Shown: piece after piece, positions 41,968-55,595 of the stretch
Position numbering within the stretch: position 1 is the stretch's first letter
Layout of the letters: every line of letters starts with the position of its first letter
From: Eledone cirrhosa
Taxonomy: Eukaryota
Length of the DNA: 64,000 nt
Direction: 5' to 3'
Assembly (NCBI GenBank): GCA_964016885.1
Contig: OZ024740.1
Span: 400,768,001 to 400,832,000, forward strand
The notes under the pieces: model-generated
Databases searched by the model: none
Told to the model about the DNA's origin: nothing
The model's input: the letters and a program-made list of their open reading frames with translations, nothing else
Made by a program: the position numbers and the translations under genes

Positions 41968-42736
41968 GAGAGACACATACAACACTTCTTCCACCGTATG
42001 CAGTTCTCTGGCTACAATCAGAGAGATAGAATCAGAGTGTATAGAGGAGCCAGAACCAAATGGGAAAAAATGGTAAATAATGACATAAATGGGACCTCCC
42101 CCTTGTATAGGAGCAAATTTTGGAATAGAATAGAAAGAACTAGGAACAAGGCCAATAGAATAAACTCATGGTATGATAGCAATAAATACCAGAGTGTAAT
42201 GTTCATCAATACAACCCCTAGAGGCGAACTAGCCTACAAATTTAGAAGGGCCCTAAATAAACATAAACTCAATATTAAGATAGTAGAAAGACCAGGTACC
42301 TCCGTAAAAACACTTATTAGCAAGACATACCCGTTCCAAAGACACTCATGTATAGATAAGAAATGTATAACCTGTAAAATAAGCCCCCATATTAACTGTA
42401 AAACTAGAAATGTAGTGTATAGCATAAGATGTACTGAAGGAAGGACAATGTAGAAACAAAAATATAGTGTACATAGGTGAGACAGCTCGTAGTATAGGGG
42501 AACGAATAAATGAACACTGGCGAGACCTTCAAGATAATAAAGAATCATCTGTGCTCTACCAACATGCTAAGATAGAACACAGGGGTAGATTAGAGAACAT
42601 AGAAATAAAAATAGAATCCACACACAGAAAAGATGCAATGTTTAGGCAAATTACAGAGGCAGTAAGCATAAAAGAATTACAACCAAAATTAAATAGAAAA
42701 TATGAGTGGAACAGCAACATCACAACTTACAATTAA
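41968..42736 (+). pseudogene. PLE RT thumb/linker and GIY-YIG endonuclease, one frameshift
   Basis: SGY..., Cys-rich linker, NVVYSIRC...YIGETARSIGERINEH...RQITEAVSI...PKLNRKYE; frameshift near 42437, probably a GAAG duplication. Confidence 0.9.
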
Positions 42737-42944
42737 GGACAAAATGAAAACACACACACACATAGAACAAACAACCAACCAACAATAAATAAATAAATAA
42801 ATAAACAAATAGATAAATGAACACAAACACACACAGACACCCGGATGTGGCGCATGCGCAAACTGAGCACACAACACACACACAGAAACAAAATGGCGTA
42901 GGATAGAAGAAAGGAAAGGCACAGAAACAATGAAAGGAATCCCC

Positions 42945-42989
42945 AGTCACTGAAGAGGTCACAGAGTGTGTGACGAAAGGACTATGACT
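42945..42989 (+). ncRNA. minimal type I hammerhead ribozyme motif (mirror at 41656-41700, minus)
   Basis: AGTCA-CTGAAGA-G-GTCACA-GAGTG-TGTGAC-GAAA-GGAC-TA-TGACT. Confidence 0.75.
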
Positions 42990-43147
42990 ATATATAAACA
43001 ACTCTCTGGTTGTGGAACCAACCAACCAACCAGAAATTTATAAGTTTGTAGATTTGTAAATTTATAAATTTATAAATATGTAATAAATTGAAGTGAAAGC
43101 AACTGGTGCGTGTGTTTCTTATTGGCAACATGACCCTCCCAAAGTAT

Positions 43148-43225
<78 letters not shown>

Positions 43226-43228
43226 ATA

Positions 43229-44663
43229 TCCAGCTCTCCTTACATCCAGATCTGTCAACCGCTCTCTCCACACTTCTGATCTTCTCTATCAGTGCCTCCT
43301 CTCTGACCTCAGTGTAAGCGGTACAGAGCTCTTCCCTCATCACCTCCACAGTCTCCATCCTCTCCTCCGTAGGATCAGCATAGAATTGGTCCCTGGCAGC
43401 TTTCAGGTGTTCTCTGGCTGCACACACTTTTGGGTTTGCAGAGCTGAGGTGCTTCCCTTTGTTCTTTTTCCTCGGCACCAGTGTTTCACTTGCTTTCGCC
43501 ACTGTATTGGTGAAATGCCCGTACCTCCTCGTCACACTCTCCTCAGTCCATCCAATCTCTCTCTCCTCTGACTCTCCACACAGAGCACTAAACCTGTTTC
43601 TCACTTCCACTGTGAACCTCTCCTGTAGCTTATCATCTTCCTTGAAAGCTCCCCAGTCATAGATTGTTCTCCGGGGCTGAGCCTTGCTCTTTCTTAAGCT
43701 CACGCGGACCTCACTCATAACAAGCCGGTGGTCACTACCCAGTGTACTGAAATAGCTGTATGGTTCCGTGTTCAGAACACTATTCCGCCACTTTTTCCTC
43801 ACCAGAATGAAATCAATCTGGGACTTGGACAGGTGCATATCTGAGATGTAGGTCCACATCTTCCCCAGATTCTCTCTAAACCTTAGGTTGGTCGCCATCA
43901 AGTTCGCCTCCAGCAGGGTGTCTCTCAGTAGTCTTCCATTTCGGTTGGTGTTGTTATGGAAGTACCAGCAAGGATCTTCACTGCCCTCCTTACTCAGATG
44001 TGCATTGAAGTCCCCTAAAACAAGCAGGATATTGTGTGCCTGAGTGGTGTTGACAGCTCTACACACCTCCTCATGGAACTCCTCGGCATTCACATCACTG
44101 TCCCCCTCGGTTGGACTATAGGCTGAGATGACTGTCAGTCTTGGGTTTCCATTGAAGGTCACCCTCAACACTCGCGGGGAGATAGGCATTATTTCCCTCA
44201 CCAAAAGATTGGTTTTTGCACTGAACACAAAACCCACTCCTCCCACTGCAGCATTTGTTGTGTTCTTCACTGCCGATGTAGTGATGAGCTGGCTCTTCCT
44301 CCCGATCATCACACTCCTCACAGGCTCATCGTGTAGAATCCTGTGTTCTTCGATTGCAAGTATCTGTATACCACTCTCCTCGAACAGATGTCCCAACTCC
44401 TCTCTCTTCTCCAGCGTTCGAATAGTCCTCACATTCAAAGTGCCCATTTTGATGGCTCTCCTGCAGGACAAAACTGCATTCTTTATATTTGTCTCAGAGA
44501 CAGCTGATCCATCATCCACTGGCCCTCTCTGTGGCTCTAAGCCAGCAGAGTCATAACGACCAGGCTGCTCCTTGATAGTGTAATTAGGGGCTCTAACCCT
44601 AGTGCTGTTAGATCGACTCTCCATATTTCTTTTCAATGGCTGACAATACCTTACCGGCGCCAC
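43229..44663 (-). CDS. RTE LINE ORF, N-terminal half (APE endonuclease), truncated by inversion
   Basis: Open 483-aa frame with GTLNVRT, AIEEHR, SAYSPT, LGDFNA, QIDFIL and SDHRLV; ends in (TA)n. Confidence 0.9.
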
Positions 44664-44837
44664 TCGAATAAGGTAGTTATTTAACCCATAAATGGAGCCC
44701 TAACAGGTACTACCACCCCGGGCCAGGGCAGACCTGGGAGTCATGACAACTAAGGGGTAACTCCACATTCCCCACATCTCCTGAACTCCCGAACTGGAGC
44801 CTTGCCACTGGATGTAGTTTAATGTCATACCCAGGCC
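44664..44837 (-). mobile_element. RTE LINE 5' UTR (inverted segment)
   Basis: GC-rich sequence upstream of the APE ORF on the minus strand, ending at the AGGCCT junction. Confidence 0.7.
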
Positions 44838-45905
44838 TTTGATTCTGTGGACCGTTACTGCCTGATGAAGATCTTACAGGCTTATTGAATCCCCAAGAGG
44901 ATAGTGGACCTGATATCACTGCTCTACACCAACACCAAAGCCCAAGTCATTACACCTGATGGGATGACAGAGTTCTTTGAGATACTGGCTGGAGTGCTCC
45001 AGGGAGATACATTGGCTCCCTACCTTTTTGTCATCGTAGTGGACTATTGTATGCGCCTTGCACTGGAGAAACACCAGGACTCTGGCTTTACTGTAGCACC
45101 GGCTCAGAGCAGGAGAGTTGGGGCGAAAAAGGTATCGGATGCTGAATTTGCCGACGACATAGTTTTGGTGACAAATACAGTGAAGGAGGCAGAGGATTTG
45201 ATGCGGGAGGTTGAGACTGTGTCGATGAGTGTGGGGCTGAGAATGAATGAGACTGAAACAAAATATCTGGTAGAGAATGTTGAGAAGCCAGAGGGGATCA
45301 CTAATGTAGGCGGGAAGCCGCTGGAATTGGTTGAGGACTTCCTGTATTTGGGAGCAAAGATTGGGAATACGGAAGATGATGTGGTTGAGAGGAAGAGCAA
45401 GGCCTGGGCGGCGTGTCACAGCTTGAGATCGGTGTGGAAGTCGGACCTTCGTAGAGACCTGAAAATCCACCTCTTCATTGCTGTAGTGGAGTCTGTGCTG
45501 CTGTATGGGTCTGAGACTTGGACACTGACCACGAGACTCACTCAGATGGTGGATGGGTGCTACACGAGAATGCTGAGGATGGCTCTGAACATTAATCAGT
45601 ATACACTGAGGATGAAAAACTCAGAGCTGTATGGGAGCATCTCAAAAGTCAGCTCAAAAGTGACACAGAGGAGACTGAGGTTGGCTGGACATGCTCACCG
45701 ACATCCAGAGTTGACATTGCACTCAGTGCTCCTTTGGGAGCCCCTACATGGACACACTAGAAGAGGAAGACCAAGGTTAACATATGTTGATGCCCTAAGG
45801 ACAGACACTGGTCTGTTGGAGATGCAGGATATGGCAGCGCTAATGAGGGACAGAGACCGCTGGAGAGAACTCGTCCATGGATCTCGGGAATTTTACCCGC
45901 CTTAG
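44835..45905 (+). pseudogene. RTE LINE reverse transcriptase, C-terminal half
   Basis: AFDSVDR (one in-frame TGA at 44886), GVLQGDTLAPYLF, FADD, FLYLG, LLYGSETW, RLRLAGH, RGRPR; (TAGA)-like tail at 45903-45920. Confidence 0.92.
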
Positions 45906-45920
45906 ATAGATTAGATAGAT

Positions 45921-46003
<83 letters not shown>

Positions 46004-46008
46004 TATAC

Positions 46009-46043
<35 letters not shown>

Positions 46044-46062
46044 CATACATATATATATATAT

Positions 46063-46460
46063 ATATTGTTATACTTTGGGAGGGTCATGTTGCCAATAAG
46101 AAACACATGCACCTACTGCTTTCACTTCAATTTATTATAATAAATTTATAATTAATTTATAAATTTATAAATATCTGGTTGGTTGGTTGGTTCCACAACC
46201 AGATAGTTGTTTATATATTGTCATACTTCTTTCGTCACACACTCTGTGACCTCTTTAGTGACTGGGGATTCCTTTCTTTGTTTCTGTGCCTCTCCTTTGT
46301 TCTTTCCTACGCCATTTTGTTTCTGTGTGTGTGTTGTGTGCTTAGTCTGCGCATGCGCCACATCCGGGTGTCTGTGTGTGTTTATGTTCATTTATTTATT
46401 TGTTTATTTACATGTTACTGGTTGGTTGTTTGTTCTATGTGTGTGTGTGTTTTCATTTAT
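46063..46460 (-). mobile_element. solo, diverged pseudo-LTR of the 41433-43155 PLE family
   Basis: Homologous to 41490-41900; hammerhead core mutated (CTAAAGA). Confidence 0.85.
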
Positions 46461-47858
46461 ATTTATATACATATATATATATTTATTTATATATATACAG
46501 AGGTATAATGTATATAAACGCACACAGATTTAATAGCTGAAAAAATACACTGTTTGTGATAATTGAGGAAATTGTCTTATATGAGTTATAAACCAAATAC
46601 CTTAGTTCCGGCAACGAAGATTTCTGACCATGTGTTAATTTTTTAACGCATATGAAAACTTTAACATCTGTATGTAGAGTTAGTGACATGTGACTTGATG
46701 TTAAGATAAGCTAGAATATCACGTTTTCTTGTTTTTCGAGGCGATGGATGGAAGAATGAATACCGCATTGGAGCAAATAATTTTTTGGCGACATCCTCTT
46801 ACGGACAAGTATATCATACAAAATCTTACGAATGGAAGCACACAGATACAGAAAAACATAACACACATATACATACATAAATGATTTCTTTGTCTCGTAT
46901 CTACTTTATTTATTTCGGATTCACCGAGCCCCACTTCATTGTTTTATTATTATTCTATGGTCGATAAAATTGTACCAGTGCTATAACATGTTAGTAAACA
47001 ATTCACTATACACTTTCTCTAAACAAGTTAGATTTATTGAAGCGTCCGAAAAGAGGTTGAAAATGGTAGGCATCTCTATTTAATGCAATGCTTCTACATA
47101 GTCAGTTCGAATCCCAGTGTTCTGGCCTTTGTGATGGCTCGATTGAGGATCGATGAAATGAGTACAATTAATGTACAAGTAGCAATATATACCAAAATAA
47201 AATATGATTCGATTGTGCTAGTGAAACCTGTAATGTTTTCAGGAATATTGAAACTTTAGACTTTTCATTCTTTTACAGGTTTGGAATTCGATTGCAATGA
47301 AATCACACAATATGATGAGAATCAGTTTATGGGTACCATAATAGTCCCACATTTATAGTCGTTTTTCTCAAAGAATTAGGTTGTTTTGTATCAATTCAAA
47401 AGCGACCATTAATAGTATTGTTGTTGCCATTAGAGTTGAGTTAAATCTAGGCTCAAAGTTCCGGTTATAATTCACATCATAAGCAGAGTTTATTTGGTCT
47501 TTTCCACTACTGCACTACAGTAGGTATGAATGTTAATGTGTTCAAGTAAATATTAGAAATAATAGATGTTGCTTTCAGAGACATGCATGGTACAGATTTA
47601 TTCAACACGTTCAAAAACTAATTCATACAACCTGCTGGATTATACAACACTTCATGTACAATTTTCAATCTAATTAACACAGACAATTATAAGTTTTTCC
47701 GTTTTTGGATATACCATCTGTTTATGCTAAATTACTAGTTTCAGTTCCTTTTCTCCTTGAATAACCTGCTCAAAAACACTTTACCTGGTTGTTCATTATC
47801 AAGTTTCGGTCAATCTTAAATGCTTTCCATGTGATTTCAGTATCTTAACAAACGCACA

Positions 47859-47889
<31 letters not shown>

Positions 47890-47909
47890 CGCATACACAC
47901 CTTATACTA

Positions 47910-47950
<41 letters not shown>

Positions 47951-48137
47951 TAACAAAGGAATTGTGGTAAGGAACCAGATGGACCATAACGCACCAGAGT
48001 ACTCAATACTTAGGGTAGTAGAGTGGGAAATAGGAAAAAGTATGACCCCGATGGCAGAGCTCAAGCCGTTTCGACGGCTATTTCTAGTCCAGAAATAGCC
48101 GTAAAACGGTTTGATCTCTGCCGTCGGGGTCATACTT

Positions 48138-48145
<8 letters not shown>
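47951..48145 (-). mobile_element. mini fold-back element, copy 3 (tail plus hairpin 48030-48145)
   Basis: Homologous to copies 1 and 2; (TA)n flanks. Confidence 0.85.
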
Positions 48146-48235
<90 letters not shown>

Positions 48236-48271
48236 TAATATATATATATATATATTAGTATATATATATTA

Positions 48272-48321
<50 letters not shown>

Positions 48322-48366
48322 GTATATATTAGTATATATATATGTATTATATTTCCTAAATCTTTC

Positions 48367-48455
48367 GTTAACTACTTTTCCCATCTTGACGTTATAGTCG
48401 CATATATGTTATAGAATGCCGTTAGCTTCTTGCTAAAACAATCTCTATACCTCTC

Positions 48456-48492
<37 letters not shown>

Positions 48493-49047
48493 TATATATT
48501 TGCTTTTTGCTGAACTCCTTTTGTAGAGTTTTCTTTCGGAATGTTTTTGACTGTTGTTTCTTGTAAACAAACATTTGTCTCATTCTGACGTAACTAGCCC
48601 TGTTTTTCCACATGTGCGTTTATTTTAATAACCACGCATGATGTTAAACTAGCCTGCTTTTAAATTCCCTTTTTGGCATATTACCAGTGAGACCTTGGTT
48701 ACCATGTTGAGCTCTGCTGACGAAAGAAATCCAACCGTGACCATCTCTACTGAAAGTTTTCGTGAAATAGTCTTTTCAAGACTATACAGATCATTTGAAG
48801 TTGTCCCAAATTGAAGGTTGAGTACTTTAGACTTTGTTTAATCATGAGTTAAGTCTCTATTGATTTTTCCCTGGATTTCTCTAAATCCTGTTGGATAAAT
48901 CTATATCCTGATTCCTTTTGAATTGAGTCTGAATTATTTTTCCCATATCTTATGTTAACTATTTTCCCATTTTGACGCTATAGTCACATATATGTTATGG
49001 AATACTGTTAACTTCTCGCTACAATAATTTCTATACTTTTCATTTAT
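48367..49047 (+). repeat. diverged ~94-bp direct repeats (48367-48460, 48954-49047), each ending at (TA)n
   Basis: GTTAACTA.TTTCCCAT.TTGACG.TATAGTC.CATATATGTTAT... occurs twice. Confidence 0.8.
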
Positions 49048-49803
49048 ATATATATATATATATTTAATACAATAACAGAGATAGTTTAAAGCTAAACTCT
49101 GACTGGTAACAACAAACATTAAGTTATATTAAAATATAAACCACTCAACAAACATTAAGTTATATTAAAATATAAACCAAATTTAAGTGTTTGGGGTGCT
49201 AACAATATGTATAATGTGGAAAAACCAGTTGTATTATTTTATGAGATATAATTAAAGTTAAAGTATATCTCTCTTTCCAAACAATTGTTTCATTATAAGT
49301 TTTCAACAAGTTTGGGAGAATGTTTCCAGTTTATGTAGAAGCCTAATATATATTCATGTAAGAATATATTTAGGTGGGGACTTATAAATCATCAGTGGAA
49401 GCCCATTAAACATTGATATAAGAAAACAAATTTCTTACCGCTGTCAAAAATCATGCCCGTAAAGTTGCTCTCTCTCACCTCGAATGACCGCCAAATTTGA
49501 AATTCCAGCAGTTTTTTACTGAGGAAGTATCATAGCGACACGAAGCGGGAAGGGGAGACAACCCACGATCCACGAAATGAGGAGAAAAAATAATATACAC
49601 GCGGGTTAATTAGTTTTTTTGAAAACATTTTCAATCCAACGTGTTTAAGAACTCAATTGAAAATAAAAAAATAAATATGTGCTTGTATAAATTACACACG
49701 CATATAGATATTTTCTTAGGCTAAATCAGAAGTTGTACCCGAATAAGAACCGCTTCTAATAACCGCAGTAAATGCAGAAAGTTATGCTATAAGGGGCAAA
49801 TGG

Positions 49804-49839
<36 letters not shown>

Positions 49840-50571
49840 GCTAATATATATGTATATATATATTTTTTAAAAATATATTTACGTGTTTCAATCAGTAAAC
49901 TGTGGTCATGCAACAGCCCCACTTTGATTTCGTCGATCATATTTTTAATTCTGGTATTTATCATAGCAATCTTTACAAGGCATCTATTAACCCTAATCTG
50001 TACTAGAAGACACTTGCCCAAGAGTCCACGCAGAAACCAGAAAATAAATGGTTGCGAGTTGAACTCCTTTCCCACGTATAAAGAAGTATGTATGTATGTG
50101 CGCGAGAAAGATATGGAGAGAAATAAGAAGAGAACACAGAAGAAGAGAGAAACAGAGAGAGAACATATAACTACTAGTATGCTTGCTATCAGCAGACGTG
50201 GACCTGACCTCTTAAAATATAAATGGAACTTCCTCTAGCCACACACATGTCATGATGATGCTAATTGTAAATAATATTTTTTGTCAGTCGGAGTCGGAAC
50301 CCTTATTAGAAACCACGTCCGTCAGGGTTTGAAACAGTGATTATGTGGTTGGCTGTAAAACAGGAAAGTTGCTGAATAAAATACGTCAGCTGTGGAATCA
50401 AATGTGTCTATTGTCAACTGATGACTGAAGAGAAGATGAAGACAAATTACAAGTCTTTGTGTGTGATTTAGCTTAGATATCCAGGAGAGCGTATGTATGC
50501 AGGTATAAAGATAAATAGCTAGTTAGATAGGTAGAGATGTACATGTTCATATATAGAAGGATGGGCGGATA

Positions 50572-50611
<40 letters not shown>

Positions 50612-50612
<1 letters not shown>

Positions 50613-51175
50613 ACTGTTTCTACTTTAGGCACAAGGCCAGCAATTACCCAGTGCATTACTGGTACTTTATTTTATCGACCCCGTAAGGATGAAAGGCAAA
50701 GTTAACCTCGTTAATAATATATATAAAGTTAATAATATAATAATAATGGTTTCTGGTATAGGCAGAAGGCTAGTAATTTGGGGGGAGGGGAAAGTCGATT
50801 AAATCGACCCCAGTTACTGGTGATTTATTTTATCGACCCCGTACGGACGAAAGGCAAAGTTAACCTCGCCGGGATTTGAACTCAGAATGTAAATGGCCGT
50901 AACTCTATGCTGCAAAGCCCTCTACCGATACTGCTAATCCACAATAATAATAATAGTGGTTTCTTATATAGGCACAAGGCCAGAAATTTTAAGGGAGGGG
51001 AAAGTCGATTAAATCGACCCCAATACATTACTGGTGAAAGTCGATTTTATCGACCCCGTAAGGATGAAAGTCAAAGCTAACCTCGGCGGGAATTGAACTC
51101 AGAAAGTAAAGGAGCATAACCTATGCCGCAGAACATGTTATCCGACGCTCTACCGATACTGTCAATCCACCACCC
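50612..51175 (-). mobile_element. three head-to-tail SINE family A copies
   Basis: ~50612-50712 (truncated), ~50745-50942 and ~50957-51175. Confidence 0.85.
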
Positions 51176-51191
51176 TTTATGATAATAATGC

Positions 51192-53460
51192 TTTCTTTAT
51201 TAACGACACAAATATTTACAAAAAGTACATTAAGGACAGCACAACAGTACAGGACGGTACAAATACGGGTTTCTGCGTCTATAAAAAATAAACAACAAAG
51301 GATGTAACAAAAAACGGGTAGGTACCCAATAGGGTAGGAGGGGACTTCCGTCATGGAGAAAGCCCTCAAAAAGCGACGGTGACCTGACCACAAGGGTATG
51401 TGCCCTCTCCCAGTTTTCCACATCCAACCTAAAGGCGCATACTCTAAGCAGGCCCATTCATTCGAGCCATCCTTGCCTCAGTCACCCATCTTTTAACAAC
51501 TGCTGGGAAGGGAGCACATCCCTCTCCATCCTGATTTTCCTTTTCAAATGAAATTCTAAAAAGTTAATCAGGACTTCGCCGAAGAGGAACGTGCTCATCT
51601 TCAGATCTTTCAAACGTGTCCATAATACGATCTCTTTCACCATGACAACCTGGCAGATAACAACTACATGCCCTTAACGGTTAAATAAAGGTGGTGGGAT
51701 GATTTTTACGATGGACTCAGCTGATAGCCGGATCCGGCCTACACGCAACAACAGGTACGCGACATAAACCCACAAGTCAGCAATGCTCGGATACACAACG
51801 AATACGTGCAGGACGGTTTCGTTGCCATTAGTGCATTTCGAACAGGTTCGGCTGACGGCACATCAATGCCTATAGAATTTCTGCCGAACTGGCAAAGCTC
51901 CTCAGTACCACTGCCAAGCCAGTGCCGTTGTCGCTCTTACCTTCCTCTAACCCTCTATAGAAAGCCAAGGTGGAGTCTTCACCGATCGTAGTGCACGATT
52001 GGCTGAGGGCTGTGAGCACCTGAAGACATTCCAGTCTACAAGTGCTACGTCTCCGCCTTCGCTTGAACGAGGGGTGTAGTTCCATCAAGGAGACGAGCTG
52101 GGTAAAACACGTCTAGAAAATGGTGACCACACCTGTCCATCGATAAGGAAGAGTTGGAGATGTCGTAGCCTCAGCTCATGTTTGCCATGTACGCTCGACC
52201 TTTCAAGGACAGCAACTTTCAGTCCACTTCTGGGTAGATAGGCCAGCCTGCTCGTCAACTCGTCCCAGTTTTTGTCCATCTGGAGATCTTGAGAAAACCA
52301 GAACCCTAGTATTTTAACCGGTCCGTCCATCCAGCACCCGACAACACTGTTGGACGGAATGGACATGTTTCTCCAGATGCCGACATACACCGACTTTCCT
52401 TGTTAATCTTTGCTCCCGTCATCACCTCGTATTCCTTGAGAGCATACATACATACATACGTACATACATACATACATACATACATACATACATACATACA
52501 TACATACATACATACATACATACATACATACATACAGGATGGCTGCAAACTCTGCTAAGAGTATTGCAATCGCTTGTCAGATTATCGAGTTTGGTGCACT
52601 TTTAGGCTACCGCCAGCCACACATACCTATAACATATCCTGAACAAGCAATGTATATATGTACCTACATACATATATACATTTCAATGTGTTTGGTGCTG
52701 GACACCACTATGGTGACGTCGTCAGCCTAAGCTGACACGGTTCTGGCGCATTAGAGAGTCAATTCATACAACAATGACGAGAGTGGTCAACCTTGGCGGA
52801 CCGAGTGCATGAAGTTGAACGGTTCCGAAAGGTGACCATTCACTCTCAGCACAGAGCAGATATCTCTGTGCATAGCAGCGCTCCAGTGTCTGAAGACGGG
52901 ACCAAAACAGGCCACCCTCAGGACCACCACCAGATATCGATCGATGTTCAAACCTATCAAAACCTTTTGACTGATCTAAAATGATCAAGGCTCCAACCGT
53001 ACCTGATGTATCGATGATGTGGAAGTTTTCGTGGATGGACTGTCTGGAATGGCGCATGTCTGCGCCTCTACGCCCAGAGTCCTGATGACATGCGTCAACC
53101 TTGTCGCTAAAACCTTGGCCAAAATCTTAAACTCTGCGTTCAGAAGAGATATGGGCCTGATATTATCTACTTAGTCCACCTTGTTCGGGTCCTTTCACAG
53201 CAGCGTCACCATTCCTCGGCTCGCAGAGCTGGGAATGCTCCCGACTTACTGCCTGTGACAGTAGATGTCTGCCAATAGGTCACCGAACAAGTCTGGAATG
53301 TGCATATAAAGCTCGTAGGACAGACCATAAAAACATGGTGATTTACACATCGTAAAGCTACTCATTACCTCCCGTACTTCAGCGGCTCTTATCGGCTTTT
53401 CACAATAGCCCTACGGGTCTTTGTCTGCAGTAGGTTGGGACCAGAGTGAGCTCTTGAGTG
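51192..53460 (-). mobile_element. degenerate L1/Tx1-clade LINE (RT and C-terminal region)
   Basis: Minus-strand IRPISLLNAEFKILAKVLATRL, GALIILDQSKGFDRFEH, ADDVT, GAKINKES, VKILGFWF, ETVLHVF; interrupted by (TACA)n and an insert at ~52443-52700. Confidence 0.85.
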
Positions 53461-54663
53461 GAGCCACTGAGTGTTCTCTGGCTTCCTGTGGTGTCCCAAG
53501 GAACACGCTCACGTTCCCATATCTACTTCCACGCGTGATGTGTGGTTTTGGGGCTACACGTGTCCCAACACTTTTTGTATCTCATACTCCAATGTCAACT
53601 CCATTCGCCCTGTTTTTGCACTAATTGTACGGTATAACACCGTACATATTGCATGGTATAACACCGTACATATCCTTCGTTGTTCCATGGCATTGGACGG
53701 AGAATTTAGGCTGATTCTGTATCCATTTTGTTACCATTCGGTAGGCTTCAGTCATTCCCTCTTCCGTTACCGTGACTGTTTCGTTATTATTTGCGACTAT
53801 CACAAATGTGACATTAGATTTTGCGCTGCCGTAGCTGTTGTTGGTACCGTTACTGTAGCTGATGCTGCTCCTGCTACTACCATCGCCGCCGTTGCTACTG
53901 TTATTACTGGGGACTTTGCTACTGGTTAAGATGTTGCAGCAGTTGTTGTTTTTATTGTGGTGGTAGTGCTATTGCTTTTTGGTTTCTTTGATAAGATATT
54001 CTGTGGTCTTGTGGTGGTGGCGAAGTCGTTAATTTCAGAAAATCACTTTAACGAAATAAGAGTGCTTTGGTAGTAACACTGCGTTTAGCACAACTTCTAT
54101 GCTACTGCTGTTGGTAGAAAGGTGGCTGATCAGTTGATCGAATGAACCGCTAATCTCTTTTGCAGACGAAATTTTGGCGTCCGCCATGATTGTTTTTTTT
54201 TAAAGAAATTTTTGTTTTTAAATATGTTCCGATATTTGTGCCGAAGTTCAAATATTTTTCTGGTGTTCTTTTCAGAAGGCAATATATAGTGCCTTATTCA
54301 CATTTACAAACAAAAGTATTTTACAAATAACAATACCAATGAACTTAAAACCAACAAAACTTTCGGAGTTGAAAGTAACACGTCTTCCCAAGTCAGTCAC
54401 CAATAATAATAATATGGCAACGAAAACCAAAACAGCAACAACATCAACAGCACAAATAATAATATGCTGGAATGATAAACAAGCTAAGGTACACGCTTCT
54501 GTTATCTTTACAGAATTCTGATTACTTTTGCCTGCATTTATTTTAGATCATTTCAACGCTTTCCCCTTTCGTTTAATTATGTATTTAAGATTCCAACTAT
54601 CTTTATATCAACTTAGCTGTCTCTTTGGCTGTACACAAGTGCACACCCACACACACGCACAAC

Positions 54664-54732
<69 letters not shown>

Positions 54733-54786
54733 GTCACACACGCATACCTATATATATTAGTTCTTATTATTTAGATTAGAAAAGGG

Positions 54787-55010
54787 AGGTGGATTGGCAG
54801 TATCAGTGGGGAGTCGGACACCATGCTTTGCAGTCGGACACCATGAGTTACAGCCCTTTATGATCTGAGTTCAAATCCCGCCGATGTTAACTTTGCCTTT
54901 CATCCTTACGGGGTCGATAAAATAAAGTACCAGTAACGTACTGGGGTCGATTTAATCGACTTTCCCCTCCCCTCAATCACTGGCCTTGTGCCTATACTAG
55001 AAATCATTAT
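54787..55010 (+). mobile_element. SINE family A (long-tail variant)
   Basis: A and B boxes, central domain, GGGGTCGATTTAATCGAC segment. Confidence 0.88.
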
Positions 55011-55197
55011 TTAGATTAGAAAAATAACATTCACAAGTCCCATGATTGTTAACTTTTCGAGGCCTTCACTATCCCATGATTAGTAGCATGATCACACTAG
55101 TGGCGTTTTGGTTATGCGATAAGATGGTTTCGTGAAAGATCATGGAAGTGTTAGGAAATTATGGTCCTCTGATTTTTAATTTCTCAACCATTGAAAG

Positions 55198-55460
55198 ATG
55201 CATTACTGGATGGATTCTTCCGGAATTCTCCGCAGTTCTATCGTCACGGCCCTTTTGATAGCTTTCACGTCCTGAAAATGGATCGTTGTGATGATATCTC
55301 TACCCCGCAAGTCTGAATCGGTCTTAAGATACTTGACGATGTCCTGACACATCTGCATCGCACCTTCTGGTCAATATTCAGCAAATTCTATCTTCACGCA
55401 CATCTTCTGCATGTCCAAATCTTCAGTAATAATCTTCCAAACTCTATTACAGCCAGCCAA
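55198..55460 (-). pseudogene. internally deleted mariner transposase remnant
   Basis: Minus-strand VWKIITEDLDMQKMCVK...DQK...CQDI and HFQDVKAIKRAVTIELRRIPEES. Confidence 0.6.
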
Positions 55461-55595
55461 GAGAATATGCCATATTGCTTAAATATTAAACAAATGTTTA
55501 GTTAAGCATAAACGCCCAGGAAAATGCCACATTTTTCGTCTCAAGTAAACGCAGTAGACACACATATCTTCCAAATTCTTCTATTTGCAAAATAT

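Larger units (their letters stand above)
41433..43155 (+). mobile_element. 5'-truncated Penelope-like element with inverted pseudo-LTRs
   Basis: Inverted arms 41490-41967 and 42678-43155; unique tail 41433-41489; (TA)n flanks. Confidence 0.9.

Noticed and set aside
44916-45470. Antisense ORFs over the RTE halves
   Set aside because: Shadow frames of the retrotransposon coding sequence.
49107-49180. Short exact tandem duplications (also ~21342, ~29227, ~53630)
   Set aside because: Two-copy slippage duplications, not CRISPR-like or satellite arrays.
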